IMG/VR virus record: IMGVR_UViG_3300011008_002712
Direction: 5' to 3' (one strand)
DNA length: 64,000 nucleotides
DNA from: a virus
Lineage: Duplodnaviria; Caudoviricetes
Shown: piece after piece, positions 1-8,602 of the stretch
Position numbering within the stretch: position 1 is the first letter of the stretch
Layout of the letters: the number at the start of each line of letters is the position of its first letter
Position numbers and translations under genes: made by a program
Notes under the pieces: generated by a model
Told to the model about the DNA's origin: nothing
The model's input: only the letters and a program-made list of their open reading frames with translations
Database searches by the model: none

Positions 1-40
1 TATTGGACATAAGTACATTCCTCCCAATTTATTATAAAAA

Positions 41-66
41 AATAAGCGATCATATGATCGCTTATT
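41..66 (-). terminator. Rho-independent terminator (perfect palindrome) after the 79-420 gene
   Basis: aataagcgatcat/atgatcgcttatt inverted repeat, followed by a T-run on the minus strand. Confidence 0.7.
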
Positions 67-78
67 TTAATAAATTCA

Positions 79-420
79 TTAGTCATCTATCCCTAAAAAT
101 ACAAATCCGTCATGTTTTTTACAAAAATCAATTGCATATTCTGATAAATTGTTTTCACCATATCCAAAATCTTTTTGGAAAATTTGACAGTCTTTATCAA
201 TATATTCTTTTATTTTATTATGCAATTCATCAGAATATTCACAATCGTTTGATTGTTCATATTTTGTTATATTAATTCCTTTTTCTCCGTTGCTAAGACT
301 ATCATTCATAAGAATATAGTCAAAAACTTTCATATCTGGTTGATCAATATTTGAATTTTTTACTGCGAAAATATAACTAGAAGACGACGAATTGGTTATA
401 AAATCTGTTCTAATTTTCAT
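79..420 (-). CDS. Conserved hypothetical protein with N-terminal KxRxDF(I/V)TNSSSSS motif
   Basis: MKIRTDFITNSSSSSYIF start; GAAGGA RBS; directly follows the stop of the TS-like gene. Confidence 0.75.
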   Translation of the reverse strand: MKIRTDFITNSSSSSYIFAVKNSNIDQPDMKVFDYILMNDSLSNGEKGINITKYEQSNDCEYSDELHNKIKEYIDKDCQIFQKDFGYGENNLSEYAIDFCKKHDGFVFLGIDD

Positions 421-423
421 GAT

Positions 424-1410
424 TCATTCCTTCAACAAAGATTTGTATTTGTTAAGAATATATATGAGTTCATTCGTAATGAATGGATGCAACTTGTTTA
501 AAAATTTATTATCCTTTTTGTTTTTACGATAATTATATAATGCTAAAAATGCCGCATTTGATTTCCAATATGGAGAATCCATATCGTTCAACATTTTTAC
601 AATATGAGCAAATTCTATTTTATTTGCTAATTTTCTTGTTGTTTGTTCAATATTAATGAATGTTTGAATATCATTTTCTGTTGTTGGTCTATCAAATACA
701 TGACCTTCATATAAATTAAAATCTTTTTCATTCAATATGTCTTTACACCAATCGATTTGATTCATATACATGTGCAAAGAATCAACGACATGAGTATAAA
801 TACCAACTTTTACATTCAATTTACTAGCCATAATAACTTGCAAACTTGTAAAATTAAACACATCATAAGGATATCCAAACATAATATCATTACTTCTCAT
901 AAAAACAATCATATTTAATTTATTGTTTCTTATTGAGAATCTCATTAAATTAGTACATGGTTTATCTTTTGTTTTTAAAAAATCTAATGATGGATCAAAT
1001 AACACTATCGTTCCCTGGCGAGATTCTGGATCTTCTTTTAGAAGTTCAACAACTTTATCAAACTGATTAATGTGCTTACTACCATAATCGAAAATACGTT
1101 TACCGTAAGCGCCGTTCAACGTCTTTCCATCATCACTAAAATTACTCCAATTTTTGTTATACCAACAAATATGATTCATGTCGTCACTTTTTTGCAAAAT
1201 CCAAGTTAATTCACCTAACATAAAACCATAATTAAGCTTTCTAGCATCACTGTAGATGATATTTTCCAATGGATTATTAATAGTTATAGATACTGGAGAA
1301 AGTTCCAACGTTTCTAATCCTCTTGGTGATATTCTTTTTCCGCCTTCCAATATAGCTGAAATTAAGCATTTATAGGATTCATTAATATTATTAAAATTAA
1401 ATGAATACAT
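424..1410 (-). CDS. Thymidylate synthase-family enzyme, probably dCMP hydroxymethylase
   Basis: AYGKRI, DPESRQ, catalytic PC, MRSNDIMFGYPYD (Asp at the dCMP/dUMP specificity position), SLHMY; AGGAGG RBS. Confidence 0.85.
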   Translation of the reverse strand: MYSFNFNNINESYKCLISAILEGGKRISPRGLETLELSPVSITINNPLENIIYSDARKLNYGFMLGELTWILQKSDDMNHICWYNKNWSNFSDDGKTLNGAYGKRIFDYGSKHINQFDKVVELLKEDPESRQGTIVLFDPSLDFLKTKDKPCTNLMRFSIRNNKLNMIVFMRSNDIMFGYPYDVFNFTSLQVIMASKLNVKVGIYTHVVDSLHMYMNQIDWCKDILNEKDFNLYEGHVFDRPTTENDIQTFINIEQTTRKLANKIEFAHIVKMLNDMDSPYWKSNAAFLALYNYRKNKKDNKFLNKLHPFITNELIYILNKYKSLLKE

Positions 1411-1476
1411 TTTACCAACCTCCTTAATTTATTTTAAACAAAAAAAAAGAGGAAATTAATTCCCCCTTTTCATTTT

Positions 1477-2256
1477 TCAAATTTTAATAACTTGAAACAG
1501 TGTCATATCGTTAACATCAAGACAGTTATCAAAATGAACTACTTCTCCTGGTTCTATGCTCGATCCAAAACATCCTCCAGCTCCGTCATATATTGCAATA
1601 TATGAATTATTGTCATATACGATAACGTCACCTTCGTCTATGTCCAACAAATTACCTGAGAATGAATGCACTTTTTGTTGTAAATCATCTAATACTACAT
1701 CTATTGATGTTACATTTCTAACTAATTCTCTTTTTAAATCAGTGCTATAATAACTTCCAATAGATAAGACAATTTCAACATAATTTACTTTAGGATCAAT
1801 ATCAACAACTACTTCTTTTGCTTTTCGTCTCATATATCCTTTATATGCAAGACTTTGAAAAGTATTTTTTGAAGTATTAACTAATTCCCATTCATTCCAA
1901 GAATTAGAATCTTGGCTTCCTGAACGAAAATATAATTTATTGATTTTTGATTCATCTGTAATATCGTTTATTACGTACATGAATTGGAAACAGTATCTAT
2001 TTGCTGCAAAATGAATGATTGTTCCATTTGTGCAAAAATCTTCACTTATATTCATTTGAGGAAGAATTGAATATAATTGTATTCCATGACTTGGCCATAA
2101 TCCTGGCGAATCCTCATCAACAGTAATATCAATTGGGAATCTATCACTTTCAGTAAACAACTCATATAAATAATCTATTTTTCCTCCAGCTGTTTCTTTA
2201 AATTTATTCAATGAGTTAGAAATTTCAGCTAAAGAAAGTCCTTTATTTTCAGCCAA
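1477..2256 (-). CDS. Hypothetical protein with fibre-knob-like segment and possible cyclophilin-like C-terminal fold
   Basis: KLYFRSG...SWNEWELV resembles tail-fibre knob ends; EGDVIVYDNNSYIAIY resembles cyclophilin-like fold proteins; TTG start with GAGGTGA RBS. Confidence 0.5.
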   Translation of the reverse strand: MAENKGLSLAEISNSLNKFKETAGGKIDYLYELFTESDRFPIDITVDEDSPGLWPSHGIQLYSILPQMNISEDFCTNGTIIHFAANRYCFQFMYVINDITDESKINKLYFRSGSQDSNSWNEWELVNTSKNTFQSLAYKGYMRRKAKEVVVDIDPKVNYVEIVLSIGSYYSTDLKRELVRNVTSIDVVLDDLQQKVHSFSGNLLDIDEGDVIVYDNNSYIAIYDGAGGCFGSSIEPGEVVHFDNCLDVNDMTLFQVIKI

Positions 2257-2775
2257 TTATTTTTCACCTCTTCGAGTTCTTATGCAATTATTTTTATCGA
2301 TGAATTCTTGAAATTCATCTACATTAAGAACATCAATTTTTATACTTTTTAAAAGCTGATTAGCTATTTCATCATCTAATCCATGACTATAATCGCCACA
2401 GTAAACTAATCTTTTTATCCCTGCTGCAATTATAATTTTTGTACAATTTACGCATGGTTTACATGTTACATATAGTGTTGAATCCTTTATGTTTACTCCA
2501 TTTTGTGCAGCTTGTGCTATTGCATTTCCTTCTGCATGTCCAGATCTACATAATTCACTTCTTTCACCAGAAGGTATATTTAATTTGCTTCTTATACATA
2601 AATCAGGATTATCAGTGCAATGTTCTAATCCACTTAGTGCTCCGTTATATCCAGCGCCAAGTTGTATTTTATCTCTTACTATGACTGCGCCAACTTGTCG
2701 TCTTATACATGTCGAACGCGTTGCATACATAAACGCAATCTTCATAAAAAAATTGTCTAATGATTCTCTACACAT
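2257..2775 (-). CDS. dCMP deaminase (ComEB/T4 Cd family)
   Basis: RSTCIRRQVGAVIV, GYNG, HAEGNAI and PCVNC zinc deaminase motifs. Confidence 0.92.
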   Translation of the reverse strand: MCRESLDNFFMKIAFMYATRSTCIRRQVGAVIVRDKIQLGAGYNGALSGLEHCTDNPDLCIRSKLNIPSGERSELCRSGHAEGNAIAQAAQNGVNIKDSTLYVTCKPCVNCTKIIIAAGIKRLVYCGDYSHGLDDEIANQLLKSIKIDVLNVDEFQEFIDKNNCIRTRRGEK

Positions 2776-2776
2776 A

Positions 2777-3487
2777 TCATTCCATCCTTACAATTCTTTG
2801 AGGTTTAATAATTTTAGACTGTTCTTCAACATCTCTATCAATTGTAATCCAAATATTTCTTCCAATTATATCCGGCCTTGTAATTTTCGTAGAAAAATCA
2901 TCATCTTTTACAACATATAATTCATTTGCGTTTATATCTCCACGCGGAATTTTATCCCATCCATTAACCAATTTTCTTATCGATTCGTATTTTTTTATAC
3001 AACGTAATACTTTTTGAAAAGCTTTGCCGTAAAAAAGTCGTGATGTATTAATTGTGCAATAAGGAAGATGTTGTTTTGCAACAAAATTATCAAAATTCAA
3101 TCTTTCAATTGGATAATGTTCTGGCATTACAAAATCTTCTCCACGTTTTTCAATTCGTGACGTTATATCTTTAATTTTTGCAAAAACATAAACAAAAAAT
3201 GGAACATATTCAAGATCATATAATTTATTTTCAAATTCTAATAAATAATCTCCTTCATATCCTCTGAAAATTGGAGCATATATCCACTCTCCATCATGGA
3301 ATCTATCAAACAAATAACTTTTATCATTATTCATTTGTTCTACAAAATCAAAATATTGTTTCTTTCCATCTTCCATATCTTTAGGATTTGAAAAATGAGT
3401 ATCTATTAGTTCGGGATATTTCTTTTTTAGTTTTTTGCATAATGTCGTTTTCCCAGCTCCATTTACGCCAGATACTAAAATATTCAT
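2777..3487 (-). CDS. dNMP/thymidylate kinase-like P-loop kinase with a short UDG-like C-terminal extension
   Basis: GVNGAGKTT Walker A, FDRFH motif, RIEKRGE lid. Confidence 0.8.
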   Translation of the reverse strand: MNILVSGVNGAGKTTLCKKLKKKYPELIDTHFSNPKDMEDGKKQYFDFVEQMNNDKSYLFDRFHDGEWIYAPIFRGYEGDYLLEFENKLYDLEYVPFFVYVFAKIKDITSRIEKRGEDFVMPEHYPIERLNFDNFVAKQHLPYCTINTSRLFYGKAFQKVLRCIKKYESIRKLVNGWDKIPRGDINANELYVVKDDDFSTKITRPDIIGRNIWITIDRDVEEQSKIIKPQRIVRME

Positions 3488-3516
3488 TTATCTTCCTCCT
3501 TGTTACATTCATCACA

Positions 3517-3549
3517 AAAGCTTCTGCTATTATTTTAAGCAGAAGCTTT
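3517..3549. terminator. Inverted-repeat hairpin/terminator
   Basis: aaagcttctgct...agcagaagcttt 12-bp stem. Confidence 0.6.
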
Positions 3550-3560
3550 ATTTTTTTTAT

Positions 3561-3971
3561 TTATTTACTATCATTTTCTTGTTCTTCTAGCAAATCTGGA
3601 CGTCTTTCCGATTCAGAACTAGACGTGTCCTTATAAGAAAAATCAATTTCATCACTATCAATTTCATCGTTAATATTTTTTAATTCTTCTTTTGAATGAA
3701 TTGTGTCATCTTTTAAAATTTTATCAAGATGACCTTCTAGTAAAATTCTATCGCCTTCAGGGTTTTGTTTTATGTTATTTTCATATAAAAAATATTGAAG
3801 TATGCTTTGATCCCAATTCGAAAAATGGTCTCTCATCCAAGTTCTAAATTTTTTCCCAATCTCGTCTGTTTCAACTGGATCATCTTCATGTATGTCCAAG
3901 CAATATTTCATTGTCAATATAATGCTTTTCCTTTTTCTTCTTGGTTTTCCAAGTCTTTTTATTTTTTCCAT
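3561..3971 (-). CDS. Hypothetical protein
   Basis: 136 aa ORF flanked by terminators; basic N-terminus and acidic C-terminus. Confidence 0.65.
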   Translation of the reverse strand: MEKIKRLGKPRRKRKSIILTMKYCLDIHEDDPVETDEIGKKFRTWMRDHFSNWDQSILQYFLYENNIKQNPEGDRILLEGHLDKILKDDTIHSKEELKNINDEIDSDEIDFSYKDTSSSESERRPDLLEEQENDSK

Positions 3972-4005
3972 TTATTTCACGCTCACACTTAACTCTTTTA
4001 AATTA

Positions 4006-4041
4006 AATAAGGAAGAGCTTTGTTTTTAGCTCTTCCTTATT
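4006..4041 (-). terminator. Terminator after the glucosyltransferase gene
   Basis: aataaggaagagct...agctcttccttatt stem. Confidence 0.7.
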
Positions 4042-4044
4042 ATT

Positions 4045-5466
4045 TTACTTATTTTTTTTCAATCTTGACTTTTTAAATTCTTTAATTTCAACTTCTTTAT
4101 TGCCGTCAAGAATAGAAAAAATATTTTTTTCATACATTTCTCTATAACCAAACACTACAACATGATCATCTTTATACTCATTATACAATTTTAAATATTC
4201 GTCTACATATTCTGGAGCAATAAGATGTCTAATAATATCTTCATTCGTCTTAAATTTCTTCTTATCTTTTCCAACATCAATAAAATCTTGTAACATTGAT
4301 GGGCAGATATTATCAGCGTCAAATTCCATTTTTATAACATTGAATCCATTATCAATCATTTCTTTTTGCTTTGATTCATTTTTAGAAATATCGATAATTT
4401 CCTTTGCTGTTTCTTCCAATTTTTCTCTATCACTAACAATCATAAAAGGATGTTCAATATTATAATTGTAAAATGTTTTTCCAGTAGAAGCCATAACATT
4501 ATGTTTCGCCCAATGCACATCAAAAACTGGAATAGCGCCATTTACTATAATTTCCATCATAGTATATTCCATACGATCGCCATATTCTTCTGGATGTTTG
4601 TCTAAATGGAAAAAACTACATCCAAACATTGTATTTGACATTTCCTGCATGGCTTCATCATGAATATATTCCTTATATACCTCAGCACATCCATGTTCAT
4701 TTACAATTGGGCCTTTCTTCTCACTTGTCATATCTATGCAATAGGGATTATCATAGATATCATCCTTTGCACCACGACTCTTTTCAATTCCACGTAAAAC
4801 TATCTTAAAATCATTATCTAGTTTTTTAATATGAGGAGCTAAAAACAACAGTCTATGCGGTTCTTTTGTAGATGTCCAACGGCCAATATACATAATTTTA
4901 TGTTCTTTACCAGGATTTTCATTACGATATTTTACAGCTGTTTCAAAATCAAGCCACAGTGGGATTCTTTTTACTCTGTTATCTTTCACTTTTGACGGAA
5001 ACATTTCATTCATAGCTCTATTGAACCAAGTTGTTGGCCCATATCCATAAATTGCATCCATATTATTCATAATTCCAACCATATATGGAATTTTGTCTAT
5101 ATATGTCTTATGAACCTCATGAATAAATCCAATTTTAACTGGATTATTTACTCCCATTATGATTTTATCATAAAAAGATTTAACGTATGAATGATCTGAT
5201 TTTGCATATGGATAACTAAAGAAAATAACAACATCTTTTTTATTAAGTGATTCTTGAAGATTATCTAGGTCTTTTTCTTTATATCCTACATAATCCATAA
5301 CATGTGCTTTATACCTAGACATCTTTTTTCCTTCATAAGCAAAAATTTCTAATTCTACTCCATTTCTATTGCACCACGTTTGAAGTTCTACGGCACATTT
5401 TGTTAAACCACACCCATCAATTGCTCTACCAATTACAAGCCCATACTTAGCGTCTTTATAATTCAT
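4045..5466 (-). CDS. agt: DNA alpha-glucosyltransferase homologue (T4 AGT-like, GT-B fold)
   Basis: GRAIDGCGLTK, YIGRWTSTK, GIEKS and RMEYTMMEIIVNGAIPVF match, in order, recalled T4 AGT motifs ARGLEGCGVTK, WIGRTTTWK, GLERS and SLEYTHLELGACGTIPVF. Confidence 0.85.
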   Translation of the reverse strand: MNYKDAKYGLVIGRAIDGCGLTKCAVELQTWCNRNGVELEIFAYEGKKMSRYKAHVMDYVGYKEKDLDNLQESLNKKDVVIFFSYPYAKSDHSYVKSFYDKIIMGVNNPVKIGFIHEVHKTYIDKIPYMVGIMNNMDAIYGYGPTTWFNRAMNEMFPSKVKDNRVKRIPLWLDFETAVKYRNENPGKEHKIMYIGRWTSTKEPHRLLFLAPHIKKLDNDFKIVLRGIEKSRGAKDDIYDNPYCIDMTSEKKGPIVNEHGCAEVYKEYIHDEAMQEMSNTMFGCSFFHLDKHPEEYGDRMEYTMMEIIVNGAIPVFDVHWAKHNVMASTGKTFYNYNIEHPFMIVSDREKLEETAKEIIDISKNESKQKEMIDNGFNVIKMEFDADNICPSMLQDFIDVGKDKKKFKTNEDIIRHLIAPEYVDEYLKLYNEYKDDHVVVFGYREMYEKNIFSILDGNKEVEIKEFKKSRLKKNK

Positions 5467-5632
5467 ATCAATACCTCCATATGATTTATAATGTATAAAC
5501 TGGCATAAACAAATATTAACCCAAACTTATCTAAGCCAATCATTTAATTATATTCTACTAATTAAATTAAAATTTAAATTAAAAAAAGAAACAATTTCAC
5601 TTTTAATAACATTTATATCGCTAAATTAAAAA

Positions 5633-5651
5633 AGGCACTTTCGAAGTGCCT
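5633..5651 (-). terminator. Terminator after the sigma factor gene
   Basis: aggcactt-tcg-aagtgcct hairpin with a minus-strand T-run. Confidence 0.7.
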
Positions 5652-5671
5652 ACTATAATCTATCTTAACTG

Positions 5672-6445
5672 TCATGCAGCGACAGAGAATGCTTTTATTT
5701 TATTAGTTTTATAATATAATGATTTCAATATATCACTTAATCCTTCTTTTTCTCTCATCTTTTTTAGCCTCATATATACGCTAGCAGTATTGATTTTCAA
5801 TTTTTCTGCTACTTCTTTTACTGTAAAACCTCCAACAATCATCTTTACAATGGTTTGGTCTTCACAAGTAAGCTTGGGTAAAATTAATTGCTTTAAAATA
5901 TTTTTAAACAAAATATCATCAAATTCATTATCAACAGATTTGTCTTCTATAATATTTTCCAATGTTACATCCGTATCTGCCGTTGTCGCATTAAGAGAAA
6001 TTTCTCCAAATTCATTTTTTCTTTTTTTAGAATTTCCTCTTATCTGTATCATTCCAACGTGATTTTGAGCCGCTGTCCAAAATAGAGTATTAAAGCAACT
6101 TGAACCTCCAGCTTCATATTTCTGAACACAATGATATAATACCATCCCAAGTTCTTGAATTAAATCTTCGTTGTTATATTTTGCAGCCACATAACTGAAT
6201 TTCTTTTTATAATGATTATACAGATAATCAAATGCCTCTTTGCATCCACACTTAAAATCTTCTACAGCTTGTTCTCTAGTAGGTTTCTTGAATTTAAATT
6301 TTGCCAAAATAGCTTTTTCTGCATTATTCATAAACTTTGGCAAATCTTTATAAAGACAATCGTTACTATCGAACATATCTTCTGTGCATTTTACTGGAAA
6401 ATCGCTATACGCAATTACATCCCCACTAGCTAAAGCTACACTCAT
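5672..6445 (-). CDS. Phage sigma-70-family RNA polymerase sigma factor
   Basis: Region 2 AFDYLY...EDLIQE...VQKYE...FNT; region 4 HTH GFTVKEVAEKLKINTASVYMRLKK. Confidence 0.85.
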   Translation of the reverse strand: MSVALASGDVIAYSDFPVKCTEDMFDSNDCLYKDLPKFMNNAEKAILAKFKFKKPTREQAVEDFKCGCKEAFDYLYNHYKKKFSYVAAKYNNEDLIQELGMVLYHCVQKYEAGGSSCFNTLFWTAAQNHVGMIQIRGNSKKRKNEFGEISLNATTADTDVTLENIIEDKSVDNEFDDILFKNILKQLILPKLTCEDQTIVKMIVGGFTVKEVAEKLKINTASVYMRLKKMREKEGLSDILKSLYYKTNKIKAFSVAA

Positions 6446-6576
6446 AGTATCACATCTCCATTCTTTAAATTCTAAAAACCAATTTCAATTTATTGTAGGC
6501 TAAATCTCAATTTTATTTATTGAGATTTAAAAGAATTCACGGTAAGTAATGACATACAATTTAACGATACATGTTT

Positions 6577-6605
6577 ATTTTAACTCATCTCATGCTAAAT
6601 GTAAA
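6577..6605 (-). promoter_or_regulatory. Sigma70-type promoter upstream of the sigma factor gene
   Basis: TTTACA-N17-TAAAAT on the minus strand. Confidence 0.5.
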
Positions 6606-6671
6606 ATGTTTTTTGTTTTCATTAATTTGTCAAAAGTTTCATCTGATTTTTGATAAATTACAAGTTGACAA

Positions 6672-7325
6672 TCATTGTTTTTGTTCTGTTGGTTCTTCAG
6701 GACGTTCATCGATAAATTGCTCATTCATTTCAATTTCATCATTTGATTCTTTTGTTTCTTCAAAATCTTGAGGATTTTCATCTAATTCGTTATTTGTAAT
6801 ACTATTAACTAGTTCTTCTTGCGACATTGTATTATCTATATTTAATTCTACTTCTTGCGCATTCTCTAAAGATTCAATGGCATCATCATATGGTAATTCT
6901 GCCTCTTCCAACTCACTCTCTTCTATTATTTGATCAATATTTGGTAACATTGGAATCAAATAATCGTCTGGAGAATTATTTGGCATATTATTTTCTTGAA
7001 CATTTTGTTGCTCTACATTATTATATGCATTAATTAATGAATCGTCAACAAATACTTGAAGAATTCTATCAAATCTATATGATCTAATAGATGAATCTTC
7101 TTTATATGACATCAACAATAAATTATTATCTTTGCTGACAGACCATCCATACGGTGCTATTTTTCTAAATCCACTTTGTAAATATTCAATCTCAATTAAT
7201 TGTGAATTTGCCATAGCGTCTGTAATAAGTTGAATCGCATTATCTCCTAATCCAACACTAACATATTCTGCTATTTTTTTAAATCTTTTTTTTCCAAGAC
7301 GTCTAAGCATCATTTTCAACTCCAA
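6672..7325 (-). CDS. WYL-domain protein with acidic tail
   Basis: IEIEY...RKIAPYG...IRSYRFDRI WYL signature; no HTH; true start probably the ATG near 7313. Confidence 0.75.
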   Translation of the reverse strand: MELKMMLRRLGKKRFKKIAEYVSVGLGDNAIQLITDAMANSQLIEIEYLQSGFRKIAPYGWSVSKDNNLLLMSYKEDSSIRSYRFDRILQVFVDDSLINAYNNVEQQNVQENNMPNNSPDDYLIPMLPNIDQIIEESELEEAELPYDDAIESLENAQEVELNIDNTMSQEELVNSITNNELDENPQDFEETKESNDEIEMNEQFIDERPEEPTEQKQ

Positions 7326-7552
7326 ATGTTGTCTATAATTTTACTCCCTTTATGTTTAACATTGTCATTATTTATAAAATAGAAAGATGACACTCTTAAA
7401 ATATACTATGTTACTTATCAAATACAAATATAGTCACAAATTTTAATATTTATTTAATGTACACTCAACAAATATTTTAATTTAGACGGTCATGCATTTT
7501 TTACGTAACCCTTCTATCATAAGATTGCCTCTTTCAATTTTTTATATAAAAA

Positions 7553-8521
7553 TTATGATTCATTATTTATTTTTCTCATTGTTTTTCTTATTAAAGAATC
7601 AATAAATACATATATGTCTTTACAATAATAATTGCTAATTCCAGCGGCTGAAGAATGTCCCCCTCCCCCGAACTCTAACATTATCTCTCCAACATTTACC
7701 AAATCACTTCTCGCTTTAATAGAAAGCCGATTTTTATTCTGTATGATAAGATATATTACCTTTATCTCTTTAATATCTTTGAGAAGATCTATGACATGAG
7801 AAGCATCATTAAAATTAGAACCACATAAATCTATCTCTTCTTTTGTAATAATCAAATATGCTATTTGAGAATTATTATTGTATACAAGTTTATTTAATGT
7901 TTTCCCTATTAATTTAACAAATGAAATGTTGTTCTGTTCTATTTCATCAAGAATTTTCATATCAGGGCTATATTTTGTCAATTCTGAAGCCATCTTATAT
8001 ATATCAAAATTGTTATTGTTAATTTTAAAATTATTTGTATCTCCACGAATTGACAAAAACAAATTTGTTGCTATAAAAGAATTGAATTTAAATTCTGTTA
8101 TTTGCTCAAAATACAAAAGCAATTGATAGATCAATACACCAGTAGATTGAACATTTTCTCTCCAGCAAATATTCCCCTCATTATCTCTTGAAAAATGATG
8201 ATCTATTATGATAATAAAATCACTTAAGTCATGACAATCAATATTTTGTATTCTATCCAAACAAGAACAGTCTAATACAAAAACTAAATCAAATATTTCA
8301 TTTTTTTTAGGTAGCTGTTTTACTCTGTCACCCAAAACGGCTTTAAATGCATCATTTACGTTGGTCTGTAATATATACCTTACATTCTTATTTAGTTGCC
8401 TCAATGCGTCTTCTAGGGCTAAAGATGACCCTATTGCATCTGCATCTGGTCCATCGTGGCTAATGATGCAGATATTTTTTGCATTGAGGACTTTTTTGGT
8501 TATATCTTCAATCATTGACAT
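7553..8521 (-). CDS. nrnA: DHH/DHHA1 phosphoesterase (NrnA-like nanoRNase/pAp phosphatase)
   Basis: SHDGPDADAIGS, VLDC, IIDHH, GDT and GGGGHSSAAG motifs. Confidence 0.85.
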   Translation of the reverse strand: MSMIEDITKKVLNAKNICIISHDGPDADAIGSSLALEDALRQLNKNVRYILQTNVNDAFKAVLGDRVKQLPKKNEIFDLVFVLDCSCLDRIQNIDCHDLSDFIIIIDHHFSRDNEGNICWRENVQSTGVLIYQLLLYFEQITEFKFNSFIATNLFLSIRGDTNNFKINNNNFDIYKMASELTKYSPDMKILDEIEQNNISFVKLIGKTLNKLVYNNNSQIAYLIITKEEIDLCGSNFNDASHVIDLLKDIKEIKVIYLIIQNKNRLSIKARSDLVNVGEIMLEFGGGGHSSAAGISNYYCKDIYVFIDSLIRKTMRKINNES

Positions 8522-8602
8522 ACGATGATTTACTTCCTATCTTAATAAAATTGAGATGCATAAAATGCATCTCTAATAAAGAAATAAAGCACCATATATA
8601 AG

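Noticed and set aside
424-1410. Canonical thyA or dUMP hydroxymethylase (hmU pathway)
   Set aside because: The specificity residue is Asp, not Asn, and an hmC glucosyltransferase homologue is nearby; not fully excluded without an assay
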